From Harriotta raleighana (lineage: Eukaryota), in contig JBNZDD010013714.1 in the NCBI GenBank assembly GCA_050575255.1, positions 4,991,600 through 5,055,599 on the forward strand: a DNA stretch of 64,000 nt, given 5' to 3'. The notes under the pieces were generated by a model. The model saw only the letters and a program-made list of their open reading frames with translations. It had not been told where the DNA came from and did not search any database. The translations under genes and the position numbers were made by a program. Below, piece by piece: positions 52,307-64,000 of this stretch. Numbering within the stretch: the first letter of the stretch is position 1; each line of letters opens with the position of its first letter.

Positions 52307-55074
52307 GTATTGAGAAGGAGTTGGTCTTCAGAGAGCGCATGCTAAGAGAGCAAAGAGAATCAAATAAACCCCAAATATTGAGAACGCTAGCACAGTATGA
52401 AGATTGGAGCTGGAAGTGCAGAGCTAGTGAGTGGGGAGTTTTCGTTGTCCTTGCATAGCTTGAAAGTAACTTACTTATGGCTACTTGGCAAGTGTATTTT
52501 GTAGTTCTGATATATACCTATGAACACCAAATGAAGTTTTTCCATAACAGAAAATAGTTGGGATTTCAGTGCTTTGCTTATCTGAAGTGCTGTTTAAGTC
52601 TGGTTGCTTCAGGATCTCTCCATCTATTAACTTGACTTTTCAAGATATAAGCCTTAAGCATGCTGAAGTAGTTTAATCATCCTTCAGTAACAATGAGAGC
52701 AAGAAAGCCTTTAAAATCCTATAAATTTAGAGGAAGAATTATCACATGAAAGTGGACCCTTCTATGGTTAAGCATCCATTGAAAGTGATAACAGCAAGTG
52801 CTTTAGTTAAGGCTGAACAAGCTCTGAACAAGTAGCTTGAAGTCAAACATACTTTGGGCCCACCAATATCCATAATAATAGTTGATGCAACTTAGGGCTT
52901 AGCAATGCAAAATATCTGACGCAGGATTACTTTTTGGGCAGCATTATCTCACAGCAAGTATTGCCTGACACTTTACGGAAGAAAAGTACCCACTAAGGAA
53001 AACATTCTGAAGGCACGTCACTTCCTTGACACAAACAGAGCACCTGCCTTGCAAATTGTGGAAAAGAAATACAATATTTCAGGAAATCTAGACTGCTCGT
53101 AAGTAATTTTTCTCACATGGTTTATCATGAAGCTTACTTTTATGTACATTCTAAGTCCGTCAGTTCTCTTTCAGATAACTAATTTATTGCTCACCTGCAT
53201 CATGATATACAAACTCATAACCCCTAATCTTGCAGTTACTTTTACAATCTTCAAAAATACAATGCTGAGTTATATTTAGTTATTCTTTGAAAACAATCAT
53301 GCACTTTGCTCAATTTCAGTCACAGCGAAGGATAAGCAGAGCTTTCATTGTAGCTGCTTGTTTGTACTTAGGGCAAGGGAGCCGAGTGTCACTGAAGTTC
53401 TCACATACAATCCCCTTATTCAGCCTTAGTAAAAGAAAAAATCTCAACATGGCTTGTGGGTGACAGCACAAGAACTTGCAGTCAAGAAAGTTAGCGTCAA
53501 TGCGCTCTGTCAGACCATTAAAAAGTTAGCCTGGTATTCCCAGATATTGGAACCATGTGTGCTAAGGAATTTTTCTTCTGGTAAGACATTCCAAATATTG
53601 TACCACTGCCAAGCGCAGCGGTGTTAGGCTAATTTAAGCAGTATGTTGGAACCATCTCTTAGAACTTTGATCATCTGGAGATCGTTTGTTACAAATTGAA
53701 CTAACCCAGTCTCTATTTCTGGTGGATCAGATCTCTGGATTTGTTGAATTAAATGCCTCATTTAATACAGTTTGCACATGAAAGAAAGCTACACTCAGGA
53801 ATCCACCGACAAATATTTCACGTAACCAAGTGCTCTCGTTTTTATTACTTTTAAACGTAATCCATATTACACCCACACTGCTTCTAATAACCTCTGCCCT
53901 GCTTAGAGCTCATGTCTACAGAGGTTCATGTGTATATGTGTGTGTGGGGGGGGTGAATGAATATCACACAATTATGAGTGTGTCCTAATCAGAAACACAT
54001 TCACATGATTTTTACAAAATAGTTTTTCGGTTTAAAAGTACAAAGTTGGATTAGTCTAGGATCGCATTTACAGCACAAATGTCCTTTGCTGACTATCTAT
54101 CATTTCTATTTGATTGTTATGTTATAAAATGTATTGTGGCATAATAACATGTGCTTTCCACATTAACCTCAACTGAAAACAAACACATTGAGCTAGAGGC
54201 CCCTCGATCCCAAACTGCACCTTGTGCTTCTGCCTTTCCGACATTTCCTTGTGTCTCAGGAGCTGTATTTTAATGAGATTTTAAATATTATGTAATGGCT
54301 GTGTGTTACAGGAGTAATAAACATTGGTTGAAAGAGGCCGATAACATGGACTAATCCTGTGCTGTCTGTTTGTGTCTTTAAGAAGCCTGTAAAGCATGTT
54401 CTTTTCATGTGGTTTGGCTTTTATTTGGTTTACATTGATTTAATTGCTCACCAAGTTAAATATTCAAATACTGCACTAAACAATTTAATTCTGTGTTACA
54501 CATAAAAAGAGAAGTTCATTCAAATCTAACAAACTGGAATGAGTTTCAGTCCTAAAACCTTTCCAGACTGCAAGATGTGGACCAGATTTTATAATGCTGA
54601 AATGGACTACAGTATACACCACAACTGTGATAATATTATACTTTAATAAAATTACATCACCATTAATATTAACAATAGTGGTGAATATTCATCTTCTTGA
54701 TATACAGTATACATAATATATTAATTAGTAAACTCAGATTATACAAATATGTATGCATAATGAATAAATATTGCCTCAGGGTAATTATTCTGTATAAACT
54801 GCTGGTCTTTATATCAACTGCTTGGTACTATGCCTGTTTTTTTTAAAAATATGTCACACAGATGTGAAGTTTTGAACAGACAAAGAAAAGAAAATAACAG
54901 CATAAACTTTAACTCATTCAACACTAAAGACGTCACTTGCACTGTTGTAGCTCCTTACTGTGACATGCAATTACTTCAGATATAAACAAACACAGCTCAT
55001 AGATCCTTTCTGCCATGTTATAATACAATCCAAGTCCAAAATAAGTGGGGACAGAGTATAAGATTGCTAGTCAC

Positions 55075-55298
55075 AGTCTAAAAGGAAGTTCAAGAGGAAC
55101 TCCTGCACAGAGTGTGGTGATAATGTAGAAATCATTGCTGGAAGCTGTGGTTGGAGCAGAAAGCATCAGCGTATTCAAGGGGAAATTTGATACATAAATG
55201 AGGGAGAAGGGAATAGGAGAGGTGGAGGCTTGTGTGGAGTATAAACACAGGCACAGACTAGTTAGACCAAATGGTCCATTGCCGTGTCTCATTCTCTT
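55075..55298 (+). mobile_element. CR1-type LINE 3' end
   Basis: CACAGAGTGTGGTG...TTCAAGGGGAAATTTGAT...GGAGGCTTGTGTGGAGTATAAACAC...GTTAGACCAAATGG. Confidence 0.7.
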
Positions 55299-55671
55299 TA
55301 CCAAATAGGCCAAAGGGCCTTCTACATCCAAACCAAACTTGTGCTGCAATTGTTGGATGTGCCCACCCGTATCCCACAATCTGCTACTGCGGATTCAGTA
55401 GCGCAAATTAATACTGCCAACACAAACATATTTGCCATTTTAAATATTTCAAAGACTATTCTAAAACATTTCATTCATACATATATTTTGGGGCCTTTGG
55501 GAAGTATTTGGTTACAGTTTTAATATGGTCTCATGAGAAGTCTCATTCCACAAAACTGGTTTCACTGTGTTTAGCACCATCAGCATATAAAACATCAAAT
55601 ACATTCTAGGGATACACTTGGTTCAATGTTATAGAGAGCTTAAAGATGAACAATATTAAAAATGAACTTGT

Positions 55672-56030
55672 ACTGCACAGCACATGACTAAGCCACCCAA
55701 ACCAGATAGTTCAAGTTTTGGTCTGTGCTGAATTAGCTCATCTCAGACTGGGTGCTGCAATCGGCTTCATTTAAAAAGACGGGAAACCAGTCAAGAGTCT
55801 CACTCCTGATTGCCATCCAGAGAATTGTTTTGGATACAGAGTGGTGTAGAATCAGGCTTAGCTGTGATCTCTTCCGCTTCCTCTCTAGCCACCTCAAAGG
55901 TTTAATATTCTGCTAGGATTTACTTACATGTGAATAATGGCAGGTACTGGAGGTTGATGATCTCTACCCCAGTAGAGAAGATGGTGTGGTGGGGGAAATG
56001 AGTCAAATGCCTTCAGGAAAGGAAGAAAAC
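55672..56030 (+). mobile_element. AmnSINE2-like ancient SINE, near full length
   Basis: GGTCTGTGCTGAATTAGCTCATCTCAG...CTCCTGATTGCCATCCAG...GGCTTAGCTGTGAT...CATGTGAATAATGGC...GCCTTCAGGAAAGGA; family assigned from a recalled consensus. Confidence 0.55.
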
Positions 56031-57944
56031 TGGAGAAGCAAAAAAAAAATTAGTGAAAGCTTTTTATTAGAGGGCAGTGGCAGGGAGTCTTTGCTAGTGT
56101 TAGCAAATGTGAATTATGAACTCCACACCCAGCAGGACCAAAACCCTTTCATAGTTCATTTGTACATAATGATATATTGACTTGTGCCTCACTTCATGCC
56201 ACTCTCTACATCTCCTTCTCTGCACAGTCAGATTGAAGCTTCTGAAGCGAAAGACATTAATGCCATGCAGACTATTCAAATGCTTCCTACGCTTCCTTCC
56301 TTTTGACCCTGATTGCTGCCTGGCCCCAAGTGTTGGAGCATCACAGCAAAATGATAGAATCTTTCCTGTAGCACAGTTTCACATGCTTTCCATGGGCATC
56401 ATAGACCACATTTCACAGTTGTCCATGGTCTAGTGATATTATTGCAGTTGTGCAGAGTGGATGCAGGCTGTACCAAGTGACTTCATATCCTGGGTAGAAG
56501 TGTGCAAGGAATCAATTAAGACTGTGTTATTACTTGCTGAAGAGAACATACCCAAAGCAATACTGATGAAGGGATTCACGGCTGATCATTTGGAATCCAA
56601 GACTGGGGGTGTTACTGTCTCTTTAACCGTCTGCCCCTACGCCCCATCAGGTTTGATGATCTTTTTGCACTGGAGTGATCCGAAGTGCAGCCTGCCCACA
56701 TGTCTCCCTTTCTATATTTTCTCCTATCTTTCAAAACCTTACTTCCTGATGTTGTGATCTGGTAGAGAGCAACTAAAATAATGTCAGAACGCGAGACATT
56801 TTTAAAACCTAGCAACCCTCTTTTAACGATGCGATCTGGTTTCTATTTCTGCCATGAGTCCAAGCCTCATTTCTGAGCATGTAAAAGTAACCTGAGATGC
56901 TAGTTAGAGCTGAAACCTCAATAGGGAAACTACTGATAACTTTAAATTGAATTACAAGGGTTGGTGTGAATAGTGTTGGCTTAAGTAAATTCCACTGATA
57001 TAATTATTACCCCAGTAGTATTATTTTCCTTTTTTGGTATTTAAAATTGATCCGATTAGATACATCATTAAGAAGATTCTATATTTTATGGAGGGCTTTG
57101 AAATGGATACGGTCGTATTTAATATCATACACAGAATGCTGAACAAACTAATTGCAAACAGTTGATTTATATTTTAGAAACTTAGTGCCCCTAGCACCAG
57201 CACAGAGAGTGGAGGTAGGCCAGATTTCTAACACTAGTCACAACACACAGGAGATAGACCAGGTTTCTAACCCCCTTCCTCATACACACACAACTGAAAA
57301 TACGAAAGCGAAATGGAAAATTTGTCTTGGCAATGATGGTCAAAGAGATTTCTGAAGCACGTTGATCACTTCTGACAAAACGGTATCAGAACAGTAAAAA
57401 TTTCCAAGTTCAGGAGACTAGTGAGGGTGTAAAGGGTAGCAACATTTTCAAATTCTAGATTACAAAGGATTTGACTCATGATTATTGTTTTTGGACAATT
57501 TTTTCCCCAAAAAACTGGACTTTAGAACAATAATCTCCTAATGTGTACTTATTGCATATTAAATAGTGTATAATGCTCTGGATTAAAATGTTCTTTGTTA
57601 AGCAGAAATATTAGCTACAAAATGAACTGTTCCTGTTTTTGATTACATGCACAGCAGCACAGCAGGATGACTTTGAAACAGAACAAAACTTCAACTAGGT
57701 TTTTCTTGCTAATGTAATGATGGGATTTAGCTTTATAAAAATGGGTACAATAGTCACTTCTGAATTAAATGTAAACCCTTTTGTTTGTCTGGGCATCGAG
57801 CAACCAAAAGAATAGCAGCAAAAAAAAAGACAAGAGTGAGCACATGATCTTGCTTAGCACCATTAGTGACAGAGAATGATTCTACAGTGCTAAGATACAA
57901 TCATCCATTCCATCGTAAAGCTAATTTCACAAGCTACAAACATC

Positions 57945-58418
57945 TAGAACTATCCAGCTTGTGTCCTCTCCTGAACCAAGCTCCGAGACCCCATCCTCAC
58001 CAGGCACCATTGACTCCCCATCCCCCAGAGGATTGCATTCAATTCGCACTTTCAAGGCCATTCATGGCTTTTCCCCCCTCCTATCTCTCAGACCTGCTAT
58101 CTCCCTGTGAACCTGCCCGACCCCTCCGTTCTGGGGCTCCAGTACACTCCATGTCCCCCACCTGACCATCAGTGGATGGGCTTTCAGCCTCTCCGTCCCC
58201 ACATCCTGCAGTCCCTTTGCCTCACTTCCTCCCTCGCCTCCTTCGAGGCCAGTCTTAAGAGTCTCCTCTTCGATCATGCTTTCTGCCACACTCCCAACAA
58301 TTTTCCTTCCCTCCAGCCTACCCTGCCCCTCCCCCTTGTTCGGGTCCCGATTTGACTCTTCAGCGCCTTGGGACGTACCCCCGACATGAAAGGTGCTCTA
58401 TTAATGTAATGTTGTTGT
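57945..58418 (+). mobile_element. L2 LINE 3' fragment
   Basis: ORF2 end (SLASFEASLKSLLFDHAF), pyrimidine-rich UTR and the AGCGCCTTGGGACGT...GAAAGGTGCT tail. Confidence 0.85.
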
Positions 58419-58424
58419 GATGAT

Positions 58425-59300
58425 TTGAGTTTATTGGAGAAGTCTGGCTTGCTGAGGATTTACCATAGAGTTACTATAATTATTGCGTCAAATACTTTGG
58501 TCAAGAATTCCATTTGGTTGTTCCCTATACTTCTCCTTGATGTAACAAGCCACAAAAGTCATGTTAGTTGAACTTTGTTCCATATAGAAACCACATTGAG
58601 GCTTAGGGAAGATATCATTCACAATGGTGGTGACCAGTCATGTCAGCAGTATCTATTACAGGAATTTTCCTGATAAACGACAGGACAAATATGTTTCTGT
58701 TGTCCTTATAGATTTGCCTCTGCTTTTTGTATATGGTAATACTTTTTTTTTTTTTAAAGTTTATGTGGGACTACTTTCTCCAAAAAAGGCAAATAGGTTT
58801 ATGAAGTCAGCCACAGAGGGTTGGGCTGTCGTATCTCAAGCCTCCAGCAGGAAAGGCCATCTGGTCCATGAGCCATTCCTTGCATATTTGATGATTGTGT
58901 AAACTTTAGCTTGGCCTAATGGACGTGCCAACTCATACTGAGTGGGCTGTGGTGCAATGGCCTTTATTGCTTCCACCTCCACAGTTGACGTTGTGCCAAG
59001 GTGTTCACTGAAGTGTTCAACCTATTGCTGGAGAGTGAGGTTCTGGTCTGTAATCAGCAGGTTACTTGCCCTTTTTGGATGGGTTTGTGGTTCACAGATG
59101 GGCATGATGGTTTTGTAGACACATTTGCTGTTACGTTGGTCAGAAGATCTTTCAATCTGATTAACGTTCTTACTCCACCACTTGTTTGCATAATTTGCCC
59201 CTGGATCAATCTGTGACATTTGCTGTACTGTTCACTCGTAAGCATCATGATGTTACTCAGGCAAGGTTAGAATTCAGTATTTTGTCATAATTTTCAATCA
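58425..59300 (-). mobile_element. Ancient RTE-clade LINE fragment (linker plus start of reverse transcriptase)
   Basis: Manual minus-strand translation with frameshifts: NKWWSK...RNSKCVY...LLITD...Q*VEHFSEHL...EAIKAIAPQP...AHGPDG...ITIYKK...IFPKPQCGF...SSTNMTF...KEKYREQ...LTKVFDAI...LW*IL, colinear with the RTE ORF. Confidence 0.75.
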
Positions 59301-59832
59301 GTCCTGTCGCTGCCTTGTTCATCACGCTGACGATGCTTGATACACCATATCTCCCGTTGTCAAGGCTTGTCTCTGCTGAGTGCATTGGGTGGCCACTATG
59401 GTCTTAACATGCCCACAGCAATGTCCTTTACAACACGACACAGCAATCATGGTCACTGCCAAAATTAGGCAGAAGATCGCTGTGCCCACCAGATTAGCCT
59501 AGGCAGACGATGCACATGGATGCACACCCAGTGGCTATACAGAGCGCTAGGCATTTCCCTTCAATGCACAAGTTCACCCGCAGCTACCTTGCTACGGTTC
59601 AGCATGTCAACTGAGATGCTTTCTTGGGTGTATGCCCACTGCCAGATAGGCCATTCCTTTGATGGACATGGCAGTGTTGGATGCTCCTAATTGACTTACA
59701 GATACATAACCATTATAAAAGATACAGCTGTTGACATCAGGTATTTTACCAGCAAACACTTTGAGGCTTCACCTCTATTATAAATCATTCATGAATGGAG
59801 TTTCTCCCGGGGTGCTGCCCAATAATCCCTGC

Positions 59833-59988
59833 TAAAATTGATCATTCACTTCATGACATTGTTGTGCATAAATTGGCTGTCTTGTTTGTCTATAAATACA
59901 CACGTCTCTACACTGAGTTAATCCTGTGAAGTGCTTTGAGATGTCCTCCCAATATGAAAGCTATTATATCAGACACAAGGAATATTAA
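59833..59988 (+). mobile_element. Old DeuSINE 3' part
   Basis: TGTGCATAAATTGGCTG...CTGTGAAGTGCTTTGAGATGTCC. Confidence 0.55.
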
Positions 59989-60817
59989 TTTTATGACCTT
60001 ACAGATAGTCTTATAGAGTGAAACATACGAGATTTAGCATTTTTCAAAACAATGGTATACTCAGTTAGGTTCCTGGATACTTTAGACTGTTACTTTTTAC
60101 TATTGGAGATGATCATGTTATTCAAAATGTGATGTTCATAGTTTTTAAACCACTATGTGGATTAGTATCCAGTGAGTGCACTACAGACAGAGAATCTCAA
60201 TATGAATCTAAGCTTGCAACACAGTTTAGGGGGAAAAAGTGTTGCCCATTGAATAACATTTATTCCATATGCTTTCTGTTTGCAATGAATGAAGCATTCT
60301 TTGTTTGCTTCATTCATTACCAATAAAGCAACCATTGAAAAAAATGTTTTTCAATGGGTTGTGAGCAGACAGGGACTGACACAAGGTCATGTAGCTTCTT
60401 TGTATGACTCTTGACCCATGCAGAGTATGAGCCTGTATCTCGCATGCTGTGACTTTCCCAGTTATTTAGCATATCTATTTTCTCAAAGGGGATGGAATAT
60501 ATATTCTTAAATTAGATTTTGAATTGGACTGAAGGAGGGTTGAGAAGCATTGTAAGATTTCCCCCCACCAATACTTGCAATTTCATCCAAATTTAGAGCT
60601 CTGCTCCGCAACAGGGCTTCTGTTGTGAAGTTGATAGAGTGACAGATAGCAACTGGAAACAAATTGAACATGGCTATTAAAAAAAAACCTGCCCAGTGAC
60701 TCAGTAAACTTATCTCGCAGTCTAATACAAGCCAATCCAGAACAAGCAGGTTCCACTGATTAAATAATCTAATCTGGTTCATTGCAATTGGCCTTAGCAC
60801 TTTGGGCTAAGATGGTG

Positions 60818-61187
60818 AATAATAATACTAATAATACTTGCATTTAATAAATGCACTTTTCACATCTTCTAGATGTCTCAAAGCGCTTCACAGAATATAT
60901 TGTAAAGTGAATTGACTGTATATTTGTGGGTGAAACGCGGCTGCCGATTCTGCACAGTATTGTCCCACAACAGTCGTGGATTGAAATGACCAATTTATGA
61001 AAGTTTTTTTTTGGGATGGATTATTATTAGGACTTGTCCAAGGTTTCGCCCTGATCTGCCTGNGTTTTTTTGGGGGATGGATTATTATTAGGACTTGTCC
61101 AAGGTTTCGCCCTGATCTGCCTGGTTTTGATACACAGGTCTTACACTTGTAAGGTGAGTACTCCATCTGCTGAATTACAGATCTCCA
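60818..61187 (-). mobile_element. SINE family A, full length, with a roughly 60-bp duplication around an N
   Basis: Tail, core and degraded head; 61003-61062 is repeated at 61064-61123. Confidence 0.88.
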
Positions 61188-61319
61188 CGAACATAGCCTG
61201 GATTTCTGCTTTGGGAGATTTCTGGGGGATTTTACAAACCAGGATCGCTAGAAAAATAGTTTGTTGATAGAACTATATTCATACATTAGTCATCCGTTAA
61301 TCATCATACTATATTCATT

Positions 61320-61440
61320 GTTCCGCCCACAAATATACAGTCAATTCACTTTACAGTATATTCTGCGAAGCGCTTTGGGACGTCGATAAAATGTGAAAAG
61401 CGCTATATCAAATGCAAGGATTATTATTATTATTATTATT
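61320..61440 (+). mobile_element. SINE family A 3' half, young
   Basis: GTTCCGCCCACAAATATACAG...GCAAGGA followed by (TTA)n; CpGs intact. Confidence 0.9.
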
Positions 61441-61442
61441 GT

Positions 61443-62140
61443 GGAGTCCTGTGGCTCAGGGGTTAGAGCATTAACCTGACAAGCAAGAGACCTGGCTTCA
61501 ATTCCAGTTAGAGTCCTCACTTTCAAGGCCATTCACAGCCTTGCCTCCACCTATCTCTCTGACCTGCTGTCTCCCTATCAGCCTGCCCACACCCTCCGTT
61601 CAGCAGACCCAGGCCTGCTCTGCGTCCACCGCCCTAACCACCCAACCATCGGTGGCCGGGCTTTCAGCCTCTCTGCCACGACAACCTGGAACTCCATCCC
61701 ACAGTCCCACCACCTTGCTTCCTCCCTTTCCTCCTTCAAGGCCGGTCTCAAGACCTTCCTCTTCGATCGTGCCTTTGGCTCCCCCCCCTAACTCTTCCCC
61801 CTCTCCCACTCATTCTCCCTCCCCCTTCCCCCCTCCCCTCCCCCTCGGGTCCCGACCTGACTGTTCATCACTTTGGAACGTCCTCCCAACGTGAAAGGTA
61901 CTTTACAAATGTAATTTTGTTGTTGTTGTAGGGTGAAACATTAGGCAAGTTTCCTCACTCCGCAAACCTAATAAATACCTCAAGATTTTTTTTGTAATTT
62001 CAATTCACAACTGTTGTGTGCAATTGGCTGCCATATTTTGCCCACATGGTCAATTCACTTTACAGTATATTCTATATACAATGCTTTGAGATGTCTAGAA
62101 GACATGAAAAGTTCTACAGCAAGTGCAAGAATTATTATTA
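61443..62140 (+). mobile_element. SINE family A split by an L2 insertion (head 61443-61507, rest 61930-62140)
   Basis: Head GGAGTCCTGTGGCTCAGGGGTTAGAGCA; resumes at AGGGTGAAACATTAGGCAAGTTTCC after the L2 tail. Confidence 0.8.
61508..61929 (+). mobile_element. L2 LINE 3' fragment nested in a SINE
   Basis: GTCCTCACTTTCAAGGCCATTCAC...CCTGGAACTCCATCCC...TCTCAAGACCTTCCTCTTCGATCGTGCCTT...GTAATTTTGTTGTTGTTG. Confidence 0.88.
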
Positions 62141-64000
62141 TACTATACTCAACTACTGAGAATATAATAGAAACCATTTTTTAAAAAATAACACACTGTT
62201 GTATTGTGGGTGAAGCTATTTAAGCACAGCATTTATTGCCCATCTCAAGAAGGTAATGATGGACCTTTTCTTTAAACAACACTGTGTTCCCATCCTGACA
62301 TCAGGTAGTGAGTTTCAGGAATTGACCGAATTTAAGGTGCATTTCTTTCATTTCAACACTACTTGAATTATTTTTTTTGAAAACGTTAACTTTACAATAC
62401 AATTAATATTCATATAGAGCCTTTCAAGTCAAGAGAATTTGTTACTTCCGACTGCTGACCAAGCGCTCGAGACAGAGTGGGGGAGGGGGCATCGGGAATG
62501 GGAGCTGAGGGGGATTTTATAAAACGGATGTTGTTCTTCTTTTCACAGAATGAGTTGGCTTTGAACTTATTGTGGTCCTGAATATATTTGCAGTAAACAC
62601 GGGTAACATACTAACAAATATTCTTGAGCAACAGTGATATCTCTTGGGAAGCAGCCATTCCAAAAGGTCCATGTTAAAGAATTCCATCAAGAGAAGACAA
62701 GTATGAGCTCCTGAGAAAGGGAGTAGTTCAGATGAATAGTTTGAGAGCACTGATGTGTGGGGCTTTAAATGCAGTAGCTGGCCTATGTGTTGGTTAATAC
62801 ATGACTAATCCCCATGTTACAAGTATCAAATTAAAACAAAATTGAGTAACAAAGAACTCACCAAACTGTAGTTATTCGTATGGTTTTGATGTGAACACTC
62901 CATTTTAATTTTCACATCAGTCAATGATCATTAGGGAACTGTCTTTTTTTTAAAAATGCCATTTTTTCAAAATCTTTCTTTCCTTTTCAACCGACCCCTC
63001 AGGGTAAGTTTCATCACAAGATAATTTGTAAAGGGTTTATTTAATCCTGTCTTTTGATTAACAACCACATCAGCAAACAACTCAAATCAAACTGGCTCCT
63101 ATGAAGTCTGGATAATAGTAAAATAAAACATTTAGTTCTCCAAAACATACTTTCATCCAAATTTTTTTGGGGGATAATTCCAAACGTTGGAATTAAATTG
63201 CTCCTCTTAGCTTTGAAATGAATTCTAAAAATGAATCTCATGTGAATGATATTGCATCGTATCTCTCTATTGAAAGTAATTTGAAAAACATCAAGTGACT
63301 TTCATTTATAATCATCTGATGTGCAGTGTGGGGCTACAAAGCACAAGTCCAAATGGAGGAAGACTAGAGCTGGTCATGGAAGCCAGGTTAACAAATATGT
63401 TAACAATGCTTCCAGTTTACAACTGAATTCAAGAACTTTGTCACAATCTTTCATTTTAAGATCAATTATGGCCAGCACTGTGACAAGTTTCAGGCCTCTT
63501 ATTTTATAGTCCTATCATTACACTATATTAAGGAAACTGACAAATATTTCCAAGTGTTCGGGGTATAAGTCCTGCTGGTAGAATGATTTTCTTGTAAATA
63601 TAATTTAGGGACTCCTTCAATGGATTGGTGATCAAACCAGAGCCTGATGTGAAACTGAATTATAAAGATATCCCCCCCCCAAAATAGGATTTAATTATTA
63701 GTAGCTGTAGAATCATATTTCAAATTGAATCCAGGCCTATTGTAAAGAGGCAAAAATCAGTATTGATTTTAAGATCATTTTATAATTGTTGGCTAATTTT
63801 CCCTCAAAAAATATTTTGGGTAGTAAAATTCAATTCTATTGTGTGTAGTAAACTAATGTTAGCAGTCAAGATGGAGAGGTTGTGCCCTGTATGTTTAAGG
63901 CTTCTGTTAATCCCATACCCAAGTATTCAACCTTCATGTAGTCCCTGCATGGCGACTATCATTGACTAAATTTAGCAGCCTGTGAAAGATACTTCCATCA

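Noticed and set aside
56180-56760. GC-richer segment with 83-aa and 98-aa ORFs
   Set aside because: No splice sites or motifs recognised. Probably an old unidentified transposon remnant that I cannot assign.
61003-61123. Tandem duplication of about 60 bp inside a SINE
   Set aside because: The two near-identical units meet at a single N (61063), typical of an overlapping contig join. Probably an assembly artefact.
1-64000. CRISPR arrays, operons or other prokaryotic systems
   Set aside because: The sequence is vertebrate. The recurring motifs are dispersed SINE and LINE copies, not regularly spaced repeat-spacer arrays.

Overview
This is AT-rich, almost entirely non-coding vertebrate DNA. 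The repeat content points to a cartilaginous fish, most likely a chimaera or elephant-shark-type genome (inferred from the repeats, not verified). About 20 copies of one tRNA-headed Deu-type SINE with a (TTA)n tail are present. There are also older SacSINE1-like and AmnSINE2-like SINEs, L2, CR1 and RTE LINE fragments, a Tigger/pogo-type MITE, and a Penelope-type hairpin with a decayed hammerhead ribozyme core. The only gene signal I can support is the 3' end of an intron-containing Sowah (sosondowah ankyrin-repeat) gene on the + strand. It consists of an intact 96-nt exon (27540-27635, AKPNIRDYYGKMPLQYWKG...) and an in-phase terminal exon from 33754 that carries two early in-frame stops (33789 and 33816). 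Intron-containing Sowah genes are the known bystander genes of the Iroquois (Irx) regulatory block. The many repeat-free, CpG-retaining non-coding blocks here are therefore probably Irx enhancers, although no Irx exon lies in the window. Nearly all ORFs in the supplied track are spurious or derived from transposable elements. Repeat boundaries were read by eye and are approximate; family names come from recalled consensus sequences, not from a database search.
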